A stretch of DNA of 27,097 nucleotides from a virus (taxonomy: Duplodnaviria; Caudoviricetes), in IMG/VR virus record IMGVR_UViG_3300025018_000473, positions 1 to 27,097 of that record. One strand, given 5' to 3'. The position numbers and the translations under genes are program-made. Position 1 is the first letter of the stretch. Every line of letters begins with the position of its first letter. Below are positions 6,643 to 14,478 of the stretch, one piece after another. The notes beneath the pieces were generated by a model. It searched no databases, was not told the origin of the DNA, and saw only the letters and a program-made list of their open reading frames with translations.

Positions 6643-8685
6643 ATGGCAGAAAAAAGCGAAAGCGAAATCGAAACAAGACCAGAGACAAAGCTACCTGACC
6701 AAGAGGCGGTAGATTTCAAGCCGAGCGATACTCAAGAAGAAGAGGACCGCAAGGTAGTCGAGATGTGGACGAGCAGGTTCTCACGCGCGGAAACATTCCG
6801 ACGTCCATTCATCGACCGCAACATCCGCATGTACAAACTGTACCGAGCATACCGCTCGGCTTCGAACTATGCATACGGCACGAGCCTCATGCCACCGACA
6901 GGATTTGAGATCATCGAGACCGTCAAGCCTCGACTCGCATCGGCTGAAATAAAAATCAATCTCTACCCAACCAAGCAGGAGAACGAGAACAGCGCAAGCC
7001 TCAAGCAGTGGGACGACCTCATCGAGTACGATCTGCAAGTGATGGAATTCGACGACAAGAAGATCGAGTGGATCAACGCGCAACTCATGTTCGGAAACGG
7101 AATCCTGCAGATCATGTGGGACGGAGACGACGACGGCGACCCATACATCGAGGTAGTCGATAACTTCCTATTCTACCCAGACCCACAGGCCATGAAGCGC
7201 CTGAAGAATTCGCGCTGGGAAATCAAGCAAGCCTTCAAGTCTAAGGCAGTAATCGAACGAGACGAGAAGAAGCGCGGAGACGACCCGCTCTACACCGTGA
7301 TGGAGCTCGACGAAGAGACAGGCGAGGTAGCGGAGAAGCCACTCATCAAGTCAAAGAAGTGGGAGAAGATCGAGGAAGGAAGCGAAACCCCTGACGACCC
7401 ACGCCGACAGCGATACGAAATCAATACGCTGAAGATGGGCCAGATCGACGACCGCAAGAACAAGGACCAGGCAATCGACCAGACAACCGGAAGCGGATCA
7501 AGCACACCAGACAAAATGGCGGGCGATAAAGTCGTGGAAATCTGGGAGTGTTGGGACCACGTGGAAGGAAAGCTCGTTACCATCTTCAACCGCAAGGAGC
7601 CAGTCCGAAACGACGACAACCCATACGCGAACGTGAACGGCGGCCAAGTCTTCATCGACCTGCCAGACATCACACTCAACTGGGAGTACTACGCAATGAG
7701 CCACCTCGAACCGGTGGAGACAACCATCCACGAAATAGCAGACTCACGCAACCAAGCGATGGACGACATCGTGTTCTCTCTTGACCCGATTCGAAAGGTG
7801 AAGAAAGGACAAGGATACAAAGACTCCGACATCGTCCACAAACCAGGCGCGATATGGTACCTGCAGAAAGCCGACGACGTGGTGATCGAGCGAGGTCCCG
7901 AGATCAGCCGACAGTGGGTAGAGAAGGACAACCTCCTACGCCGCGAGGTGCAGACATCGCTTGCTCTCTCTGAGTACACCCAAGGCCGACCAGCCTCAAG
8001 TCAGGAGCCATCAAGCAAGGTGGAGATCCTGCTCGCACAAACCAACATCCGCTTCTCACTCCTCGTGCGACAGATGGAGATAGCAATCACCGAACTAGCC
8101 AACGCCCTCATCCAGATGAACCGAGCGTTCCTCGGAGACGAGAAGAGCTTCCGCATCACAGGCAAGAAGGTGCGATGGGGCAAGTTCACCAAGGAAGACA
8201 AGAACGTGGAGGTGGACGCCTTCGTGGATGTCGTGCCGAAGAAGGAGAAGAGCGGAGAGCAGGAGAGCAAAGAAGTGCTCGAGATGTACAAGCTCTTCGT
8301 GGTAGACGACAAGCCAGAAGGTGGCACTCCTGAAGAGGTCAGTGCATGGAAGAAGAAGAAAGCGGTACTGCAGAAGCTCATCGTGCAAAAGATGGGATAC
8401 GACGAGTACGCAGACGTGCTCGCACCAGACCTCAAACTAGAGGTAGCGAACGACGCACAGCCAAAGGTCGAGGCGCAAGGGGAACCAGCGCCAGTGTCAG
8501 CAAGGATCCCCAACGGACCCGCAGAGGGGATAGCGGACAATCCGGTCCCGGCCATGATTCGTCAGGGCCTCCCCGGACCTGAAGCGCTCATCCCACCAGA
8601 AGGAGCGACGACGGCAGAAACGCAGGCACCAAACGGAGGGTTCCTCGCAAACCTTATCGCGCGAGCGAGAGGCATTACCAAGTAA
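6643..8685 (+). CDS. Portal protein (P22/SU10-like podovirus type)
   Basis: 680 aa directly after TerL. It has IIETVKPRL, FGNGILQIMW, FYPDP, VEIWECW and PGAIW segments and a disordered Pro/Gly-rich tail, as in P22-like portals. Confidence 0.88.
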   Translation: MAEKSESEIETRPETKLPDQEAVDFKPSDTQEEEDRKVVEMWTSRFSRAETFRRPFIDRNIRMYKLYRAYRSASNYAYGTSLMPPTGFEIIETVKPRLASAEIKINLYPTKQENENSASLKQWDDLIEYDLQVMEFDDKKIEWINAQLMFGNGILQIMWDGDDDGDPYIEVVDNFLFYPDPQAMKRLKNSRWEIKQAFKSKAVIERDEKKRGDDPLYTVMELDEETGEVAEKPLIKSKKWEKIEEGSETPDDPRRQRYEINTLKMGQIDDRKNKDQAIDQTTGSGSSTPDKMAGDKVVEIWECWDHVEGKLVTIFNRKEPVRNDDNPYANVNGGQVFIDLPDITLNWEYYAMSHLEPVETTIHEIADSRNQAMDDIVFSLDPIRKVKKGQGYKDSDIVHKPGAIWYLQKADDVVIERGPEISRQWVEKDNLLRREVQTSLALSEYTQGRPASSQEPSSKVEILLAQTNIRFSLLVRQMEIAITELANALIQMNRAFLGDEKSFRITGKKVRWGKFTKEDKNVEVDAFVDVVPKKEKSGEQESKEVLEMYKLFVVDDKPEGGTPEEVSAWKKKKAVLQKLIVQKMGYDEYADVLAPDLKLEVANDAQPKVEAQGEPAPVSARIPNGPAEGIADNPVPAMIRQGLPGPEALIPPEGATTAETQAPNGGFLANLIARARGITK

Positions 8686-8698
8686 GCATTAAAAGCAT

Positions 8699-9409
8699 AT
8701 GGCACAAAAAAAATCATTCACATACGCACAAGCTAAGGGAGCACCGGCAGGATTCATCCTACCGCTCTTAGTGATAGCGCAGAGCATCGCGAGAATGGTC
8801 TACAGCGTGACCACAGGCACTGCAGTGAACCACTACCTCAACAGCGCGACGGGACTCGTCCGCATCAAGGCAGTGACCAACGGCATCTTCGTGGCATTCA
8901 GCGCTGGAGCCAACAAAGCCCCAGCAAAGGCCACAGGAACCCTCACATCGGACGCTACCAACGTAGCTGATGGAGCGACGGTAACTGTGGGGACGCAGGT
9001 CTACCGATACAAGGACACGATGGCGCAAGCCTATGACGTCCAGATCGGAGCATCGGCGGCCATAAGTCTCGACAACCTCAAGGCGGCCGTAAACGCAAGC
9101 GGAACTCCGGGAACGGAATACTTCGCTGGCACTGAAGCGCACCCTGACGTTATCGCAACAACCAACACCGACACGACTCAGGTCGTGGAAGCAAAACTCC
9201 CTGGCACTGCAGGGAACGCGATCGCATCAACCGAGACAAGCACGCACCTCGCATGGGGAGCGGCGACTCTCGCAAGCGGTGCAGATGGCAACTTCGATGA
9301 GTACGTTCCTGCGGGAGGTACAATCGATATAGCTCTCGACGAAGACGTGAGCGTGCTCTCCTTCATCGGAGACGCGGGCACGGCATCCGTGAGCGTGGTC
9401 GAGTATTAA
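8699..9409 (+). CDS. Putative virion structural/decoration protein
   Basis: A/T/G-rich, beta-strand-like protein in the head module with an apparent inserted domain. Confidence 0.6.
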   Translation: MAQKKSFTYAQAKGAPAGFILPLLVIAQSIARMVYSVTTGTAVNHYLNSATGLVRIKAVTNGIFVAFSAGANKAPAKATGTLTSDATNVADGATVTVGTQVYRYKDTMAQAYDVQIGASAAISLDNLKAAVNASGTPGTEYFAGTEAHPDVIATTNTDTTQVVEAKLPGTAGNAIASTETSTHLAWGAATLASGADGNFDEYVPAGGTIDIALDEDVSVLSFIGDAGTASVSVVEY

Positions 9410-9433
9410 CAACCAACTAATCAACATACGATT

Positions 9434-9844
9434 ATGAAAACACTAAGCGACTACATCAGACTGGCAACCTTCGTGGCACCAGTCGTAGCGGACGAAGACA
9501 GTGAGCCAACGTCGTCGATCATCGACACAATGGCCTCTGGCGGTCCCTTCGATGCCGCTCTCATACGAGCGAACATCGGAGCCTTCGGTGCTGACCTCAC
9601 TAATGTGAAGGTCAAGATCGAAGAGTCAAACGACGACGACTTCTCTGACTCATCGGAAACGGTGGCAGACGGGGGATCCGAGCAGACTGCGACAGCCACT
9701 GGAGAGCTCATCTTCCAGGTGCAGAGAACGAAGCGATACCTCCGCGCAGTCATCACAATGACAGCGTCCGGTGCCGCGGATACTGCTCCCGTATCGGTAA
9801 CCGGCATCTTGCACAACTGGGCAAAGCCATTGCCGATCGTATAA
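9434..9844 (+). CDS. Putative capsid cement/decoration protein (Bbp16-like beta sandwich)
   Basis: 136 aa with VKIEESNDDDFS...KRYLRAVIT, a pattern seen in small phage cement proteins. Confidence 0.6.
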   Translation: MKTLSDYIRLATFVAPVVADEDSEPTSSIIDTMASGGPFDAALIRANIGAFGADLTNVKVKIEESNDDDFSDSSETVADGGSEQTATATGELIFQVQRTKRYLRAVITMTASGAADTAPVSVTGILHNWAKPLPIV

Positions 9845-9881
9845 GGTCGAACTTTATCAACCAACTAATCACTGAATGCAT

Positions 9882-10112
9882 ATGGAACCTAACAAAATGT
9901 TAACCCCAGAAGAGAAGGCAACGCTACAGGAAGAGATCGTGAAAGCGGTCGAAGACCAGCTTGCCATCGATGCAGAGATGACCCGCGCTGATGCAATCAA
10001 TGCGGTAGTCGAAGCAGTCAAAGCTCTCCAGTCAGAACCAGAAATGGGAGGCATGGGAGCGGAGGCAGAAGCAGGGATGAAGGTCCCCGAAGGCGAAGGA
10101 GAGGAGGAATAA
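9882..10112 (+). CDS. Small acidic hypothetical protein
   Basis: Glu-rich ORF in the head operon. An alternative ATG lies at 9876. Confidence 0.65.
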   Translation: MEPNKMLTPEEKATLQEEIVKAVEDQLAIDAEMTRADAINAVVEAVKALQSEPEMGGMGAEAEAGMKVPEGEGEEE

Positions 10113-10116
10113 ACCT

Positions 10117-10392
10117 ATGAACGAGAAAGAACGCACAATCGAGAACGGCTTGGCGATCCAAGAGCTTGAGCGCACCGAAGGGTGGAAAGTCATCAAGCGA
10201 AAGATCGAAGAAGAAGCGCAAGCAACCCTTGCGGATCTTCGCCGAATCGACCTCGAGGGGCGGGCTCTCTCCGACATCGGATCCGACTACATCGCACGCA
10301 TTCAGCGCATCAACGGCCTCGAGCGCGTCCTTGAAATCGTCACAGAAATCAGGGAAGAGTACGAAGAGGCCACACGAAAACACCATGGATGA
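10117..10392 (+). CDS. Small helical head-module protein (Bbp19-like position and pattern)
   Basis: TEGWKVIKRKIEEE...RINGLERVL, located between portal and scaffold, with the leader AAACCT-ATG. Confidence 0.65.
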   Translation: MNEKERTIENGLAIQELERTEGWKVIKRKIEEEAQATLADLRRIDLEGRALSDIGSDYIARIQRINGLERVLEIVTEIREEYEEATRKHHG

Positions 10393-10711
10393 ATTCAAAA
10401 AGAAACTGACGGACCTTCGCATGGGAGCTAAGAACGTAGCTAAAGGCACACTAGCAAACATGAAGAAGGGTATCGACGGCACAGCCGCTCGTGAGATGGA
10501 ACAAGCTCGCAACGACCGTGACCAGAAGATGATCCGCGAGAACTTCGGAAGTGAGGAGAACTACCGCAAGACCCTCGGCCTCGATACCGAGGAAGGCAAG
10601 GACCTCTTCACCCCTCCCTACCAGAAGGCAGGGAAGGCCATCGGCAAAGCGGCGAAGGGAGCGAAAGGTCTCTTCGACCGACTCGTGCAGATGCGCGGAG
10701 GCGGGAAGTAA
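10385..10711 (+). CDS. Hypothetical protein
   Basis: ATG at 10385 (MDEFKKK...) overlaps the upstream stop region; amphipathic basic termini. Confidence 0.65.
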   Translation: MDEFKKKLTDLRMGAKNVAKGTLANMKKGIDGTAAREMEQARNDRDQKMIRENFGSEENYRKTLGLDTEEGKDLFTPPYQKAGKAIGKAAKGAKGLFDRLVQMRGGGK

Positions 10712-10743
10712 TTTATAAATCGTTAAGTAACACATAAAAACTT

Positions 10744-11619
10744 ATGTCAAAAGAAAGCGACGAGAACCGAGACGAGGACCTCGAAAACGAGGAACTAGAC
10801 GCGGCCGAAGCTGAGGACACAGACTCAGATTCGGATGCGGAGGACGAAGAGGAATCACAGGATGATGACTCCGAGGACGAATCCGATGAGGACGAATCCG
10901 AGGATGAGTCTGACGATGAAGCCGAAGGAGATGATAAGGGCAAGAAAGGCAAAGCATTCGTGATGCCCGACAAGTTTAAGGGCAAGACTGCCGAAGAAAT
11001 CGCCAAGAGCTACACAGAGCTCGAGGGGATGATCGGTGACAAGGCGCTTGAAATGGCCCAGTCATTCCTCGCGAAGAAGGGCATCAAGGCGAAGCCGGAA
11101 GACGGCAAGAAGAAGGACGGGGAAGATGACGAAGACTTCGACATCGGCCTCACCGACGAAGAAATCGCCAAGATGAGCCCGAAGGAATTCGCCCGCCACC
11201 TCAATCGAAAGATTACGGAGAAGGCAACTGAAATCGCACGCAACGCGATCGAGCGATCGAACGAGGTCAAGACCAACGTCTCGCGAGAGATCAAGGACGC
11301 GACCAAGGCGCACCCGCACCTCAAAGAGAACAAGGAGTACCGAGAAATCGTGCTCTCACTCATCGAGGCCGCGAACGCCAAAGGTAAGATCGTCACGCTC
11401 AAAGAAGCGTGTGAGAAAGCTGACAAGGCCATGAACATCAAACCGTCCGAAAGGAAGGATGATGCGGGGGCCGACGGTAAAAAGAAGAAGCCGAAGACCG
11501 CAGTCGAGAAGCAGGACGGCTCTGACGGCAAACCTGTCAAGAGCGACGAGGACCGCGTGAAGGAAGGCATGATGAATGCCGGACAATCCACAGGTTTCCT
11601 CGGAGGACTAGGCGTGTAA
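10744..11619 (+). CDS. Capsid scaffolding/assembly protein
   Basis: Extremely acidic N-terminus, then MPDKFKGKTAEEIAKSYTELE (podovirus scaffold motif) and a helical body; lies immediately before the major capsid gene. Confidence 0.85.
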   Translation: MSKESDENRDEDLENEELDAAEAEDTDSDSDAEDEEESQDDDSEDESDEDESEDESDDEAEGDDKGKKGKAFVMPDKFKGKTAEEIAKSYTELEGMIGDKALEMAQSFLAKKGIKAKPEDGKKKDGEDDEDFDIGLTDEEIAKMSPKEFARHLNRKITEKATEIARNAIERSNEVKTNVSREIKDATKAHPHLKENKEYREIVLSLIEAANAKGKIVTLKEACEKADKAMNIKPSERKDDAGADGKKKKPKTAVEKQDGSDGKPVKSDEDRVKEGMMNAGQSTGFLGGLGV

Positions 11620-11633
11620 AATGTCAAGCTCTC

Positions 11634-11642
11634 TGCTATAAT
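11634..11642 (+). promoter_or_regulatory. Putative extended -10 promoter for the major capsid gene
   Basis: TGcTATAAT in the intergenic gap, followed by a structured leader of about 160 nt. Confidence 0.55.
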
Positions 11643-11807
11643 TGAATCAGCGAAAGCTGTGGTGGAGCACACCCACCAAGTGACCCAAGAGGCCCGCGCA
11701 AATGGACAACCTCATCGGACAATCCAAAACGGTGCAGGGGACGGAGATAGGGAAAGAGAATCCCGGTCGACCCAGAACCTCATTATCAACTCAACGATGA
11801 AACACAT

Positions 11808-12977
11808 ATGAGTACACGCGACACATCAAACGTTGCAGGACGAAAATACGACGTCGCAGACGTAGTATCTCTTCTCAATGTTGGCCGATACCCAATGCTT
11901 GCCATTCTTTCGAATGTCAAGGGTATGGATCCGGTTACCAAAGCGAAGAAATCCCTGAAGAAAAAGGAGACAACCGACCCAGAGTTCAAGTGGTTCGAAG
12001 ATACGTTCGGCACCCGAGAGGGCGCTACCGCATCGGGCAACACTTCAAAGAACATTGCGTCGACTCCTTCAGTGACCGTAGCCTCGGGCACTGGCGTCAA
12101 CTTCTCAGTAGGAGACGTGATCAAGTTCGTTGCGAGTGGCTACACCTTCTTGGTGACAGCTATCAGCACCGACACTCTCACGCTTTCTAATGAGCTTGGC
12201 GGCACTACAGGTACCGTTGACCTATCGTCTCTGACGATCTGGATCATCGGTAACGCGAACGAAGAAGGCGCGGGCCTCCGTGCTATCAAAGGCACGACAG
12301 CTACCGAGAAGACTGGCTACTGCCAGATCTTCCGAACTCCGTTCGGCGTGACTGAAACGTCCCGTGCGACAAAGACATTCATCAAGGAGAACGACTTCGA
12401 CTACCAGCGACGCAAGAAGGGTATCGAGCACATGGTCGACATTGAGCGAGCTTTCCTATTCGGAAAGAAAGCCAAGATCACCGGTGCTGGAGGTAAGCCT
12501 CAGCGCTTCACTGGCGGAGCAATCCCTCAGATCACTACGTACGCAACAGCGAACGTGGACACTGAAGCCGAATTCGAAACCTTCCTTGAAGATGCCTTCC
12601 GTTACGGAAACACTGAGAAGTATGCGTTGGCATCTGCGGCATTCGTGTCACAGATCAACCAATGGGCAAAGAACAAGGTTCAAATCATGCAGTCTGAAAA
12701 GACGTATGGTATCTTGATCACCCGATACGTCTCAGCTCACGGTACCTTGAACATCATCAAGCACGAGCTTCTCACAGGGTCAACCTATGGAAACTACTGC
12801 GTGGTGTTGGACATGGAAGCCCTCACATACCGCTACCTCACTGGTCGTGACACCAAACTCATGACAGACCGTCAGGACAATGGTGACGACGAGAAGATCG
12901 AGGAGTACCTCTCTGAAGTAGGACTACAGTTCGAACAGGAGGCACGCCACGCGATCGCTTCAAAGGCTTCTCTCTAA
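11808..12977 (+). CDS. Major capsid protein (HK97 fold, SU10/DUF5309-like)
   Basis: 389 aa after the scaffold, with FKWFED, GNANEEG, YCQIFRT, EHMVDIERAFLFG, RFTGG and EYLSEVGL. Codon bias (more T-ending codons) fits a highly expressed gene. Confidence 0.9.
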   Translation: MSTRDTSNVAGRKYDVADVVSLLNVGRYPMLAILSNVKGMDPVTKAKKSLKKKETTDPEFKWFEDTFGTREGATASGNTSKNIASTPSVTVASGTGVNFSVGDVIKFVASGYTFLVTAISTDTLTLSNELGGTTGTVDLSSLTIWIIGNANEEGAGLRAIKGTTATEKTGYCQIFRTPFGVTETSRATKTFIKENDFDYQRRKKGIEHMVDIERAFLFGKKAKITGAGGKPQRFTGGAIPQITTYATANVDTEAEFETFLEDAFRYGNTEKYALASAAFVSQINQWAKNKVQIMQSEKTYGILITRYVSAHGTLNIIKHELLTGSTYGNYCVVLDMEALTYRYLTGRDTKLMTDRQDNGDDEKIEEYLSEVGLQFEQEARHAIASKASL

Positions 12978-13112
12978 GCCAAGAAGTGACCGAACGGTTA
13001 CGCAGGTCGGGTCAAACCGACCCTGCGGAAAGGACCAGAGACAGAGATCCTCTCCGCAGGGCCGGGCCGAAGTGAGACCCGTAGAAATTATCAAACTGGT
13101 TAATATAAAATT

Positions 13113-13664
13113 ATGACTACCAAAGACCACAATCCGGCTCGATACATCTCGCGATTCCTCGCGCTTCGTATCGTAGTCAAACCGGCATACACCAAAGAGG
13201 TGGACGGCCGCATCGTGACGGTCCAAGGTAAGGACATTCGCTTCAACGAAGGAGTGTTCGAAACCACGGACCAAGAACTCATCGACTTCCTAGAAGCCGA
13301 CAAGAGCTTCGGAACCACATACATTCGCGTACCTGACAACGTCACCGACGTCGTGAAGGACCGAGGTGAGTGGATGAAGGACCTCGAAACAAAGGAACGC
13401 GAGCTCGCAGAACGGGAAGCCGCTTTGAAGCAACGCGAAGCCAAGGTGAACGCAAGCGAAGAGGGAGCAAAAGCAGGTGATGGCCTCCGTGCCAACATGC
13501 CCAAAGCAGACCTCCTCGCAATCGCAACCGCCGAAGAAGTAGAGGGAGTGGACGACACTACCAAGAACGCCGACATCATCGCGGCCATCCGCGCAAAGCG
13601 GGAGGAAGCGAAAGATGACTCCGATCAGTCGAAAGGAGGCGAAGGCGATAACGCACAATTCTAA
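13113..13664 (+). CDS. Post-capsid protein with a coiled coil and a C-terminal HeH/Rho-N-like helical domain
   Basis: IRFNEGVFETTD beta region, ERELAEREAALKQRE coil, MPKADLLAIA...TKNADIIAAI. Confidence 0.65.
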   Translation: MTTKDHNPARYISRFLALRIVVKPAYTKEVDGRIVTVQGKDIRFNEGVFETTDQELIDFLEADKSFGTTYIRVPDNVTDVVKDRGEWMKDLETKERELAEREAALKQREAKVNASEEGAKAGDGLRANMPKADLLAIATAEEVEGVDDTTKNADIIAAIRAKREEAKDDSDQSKGGEGDNAQF

Positions 13665-13666
13665 CC

Positions 13667-13882
13667 ATGTCAGATGCAAGCGCAAAAACGGAGGCAAAAG
13701 TAAGTATCCAGGCCCGCGTGTTCAGGATCGCTTGGGACCGCAAACCAAGCTGGGTGCCGAGAGGCGTCTGGCTTTGGCTCGGAAAGAAGCGAGTGCCTTG
13801 GACAGGTCGATGGGAGAACCTGGGTGAAATAGCATCGAGCGAGATGGGAACGGCATCAGCCAAGTTCGAACCTCGCTCATAA
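13667..13882 (+). CDS. Small hypothetical protein (Trp/Arg-rich)
   Basis: 71 aa, starting 2 nt after the upstream stop. Confidence 0.55.
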   Translation: MSDASAKTEAKVSIQARVFRIAWDRKPSWVPRGVWLWLGKKRVPWTGRWENLGEIASSEMGTASAKFEPRS

Positions 13883-13897
13883 CACCACACCAAACCT

Positions 13898-14269
13898 ATG
13901 GCAACAGTATTTACAAACACAGGCCGAGCATTGCTCACATCAGCGCTCGACAACACCCAGCTCACCAGCCCGACTTACATCGGATGGGGAACGGGATCAA
14001 CTACGGCCGCCGCAACTCAGACAGCTCTGGTAACTCCGAGTGCTGAAGCGCGAACAAACGGCACGAAGTCGAGAACGACAACGACTGTGACTAACGACAC
14101 CTATCAGGTAGTCGGCACAATCACATCGGCGGGCTCTCAAACCATTGCCGAAGCGGCTCTCTTCGACGCATCCACCTCTGGAAACATGTACGTGCGAGGA
14201 GACTTCACCGGCATTGCTCTAACGAACGGTGACTCGATCGCATTCACGATCAAGGTAATCGTAGCGTAA
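13898..14269 (+). CDS. Virion structural protein (fibre base/collar-like)
   Basis: VFTNTG...YIGWGTG...IAEAALFDASTSGNM...GDSIAFT pattern, typical of phage fibre-base beta proteins. Confidence 0.7.
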   Translation: MATVFTNTGRALLTSALDNTQLTSPTYIGWGTGSTTAAATQTALVTPSAEARTNGTKSRTTTTVTNDTYQVVGTITSAGSQTIAEAALFDASTSGNMYVRGDFTGIALTNGDSIAFTIKVIVA

Positions 14270-14296
14270 GGAGACGGACAGGCGCCTGGTCGTCTC

Positions 14297-14341
14297 AGCG
14301 CCAAAGGCATACAGGGAGGTTCGAGTCCTCCCAGCGCTTCA
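14297..14341 (+). ncRNA. tRNA 3'-half-like minihelix (T arm plus acceptor-like stem)
   Basis: GGGAGG-TTCGAGT-CCTCCC (14314-32) closed by AGCGC (14297-301)/GCGCT (14334-38). There is no D or anticodon arm, and it ends TTCA rather than NCCA. Confidence 0.4.
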
Positions 14342-14478
14342 TGAAAATATATATGCACAACAGACTAAAAAACTTTGGAGCGGATATGATGGCTAGATAC
14401 TGGAAAATAAAAACCAGATACTGTCTATGTCGATATATTCCAAAGATAAGAAAATTACTTAAAAAAGTATGGCAATAG
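14341..14478 (+). CDS. Possible small basic AT-rich protein (45 aa)
   Basis: MKIYMHNRLKNFGADMMARYWKIKTRYCLCRYIPKIRKLLKKVWQ*; it fills the gap and overlaps the next start. Confidence 0.35.
   Translation: MKIYMHNRLKNFGADMMARYWKIKTRYCLCRYIPKIRKLLKKVWQ

Noticed and set aside
10760-10940. GAGGACGAATCCGA-type repeats in the scaffold gene
   Set aside because: Explained by the low-complexity Asp/Glu/Ser coding sequence.
13667-14269. Stop-codon readthrough or recoding joining in-frame neighbours (also 9409/9434 and 16332/16345)
   Set aside because: The stops are TAA, each downstream gene has its own A-rich leader and ATG, and in-frame adjacency occurs one time in three by chance. Genes are intact in the standard code.
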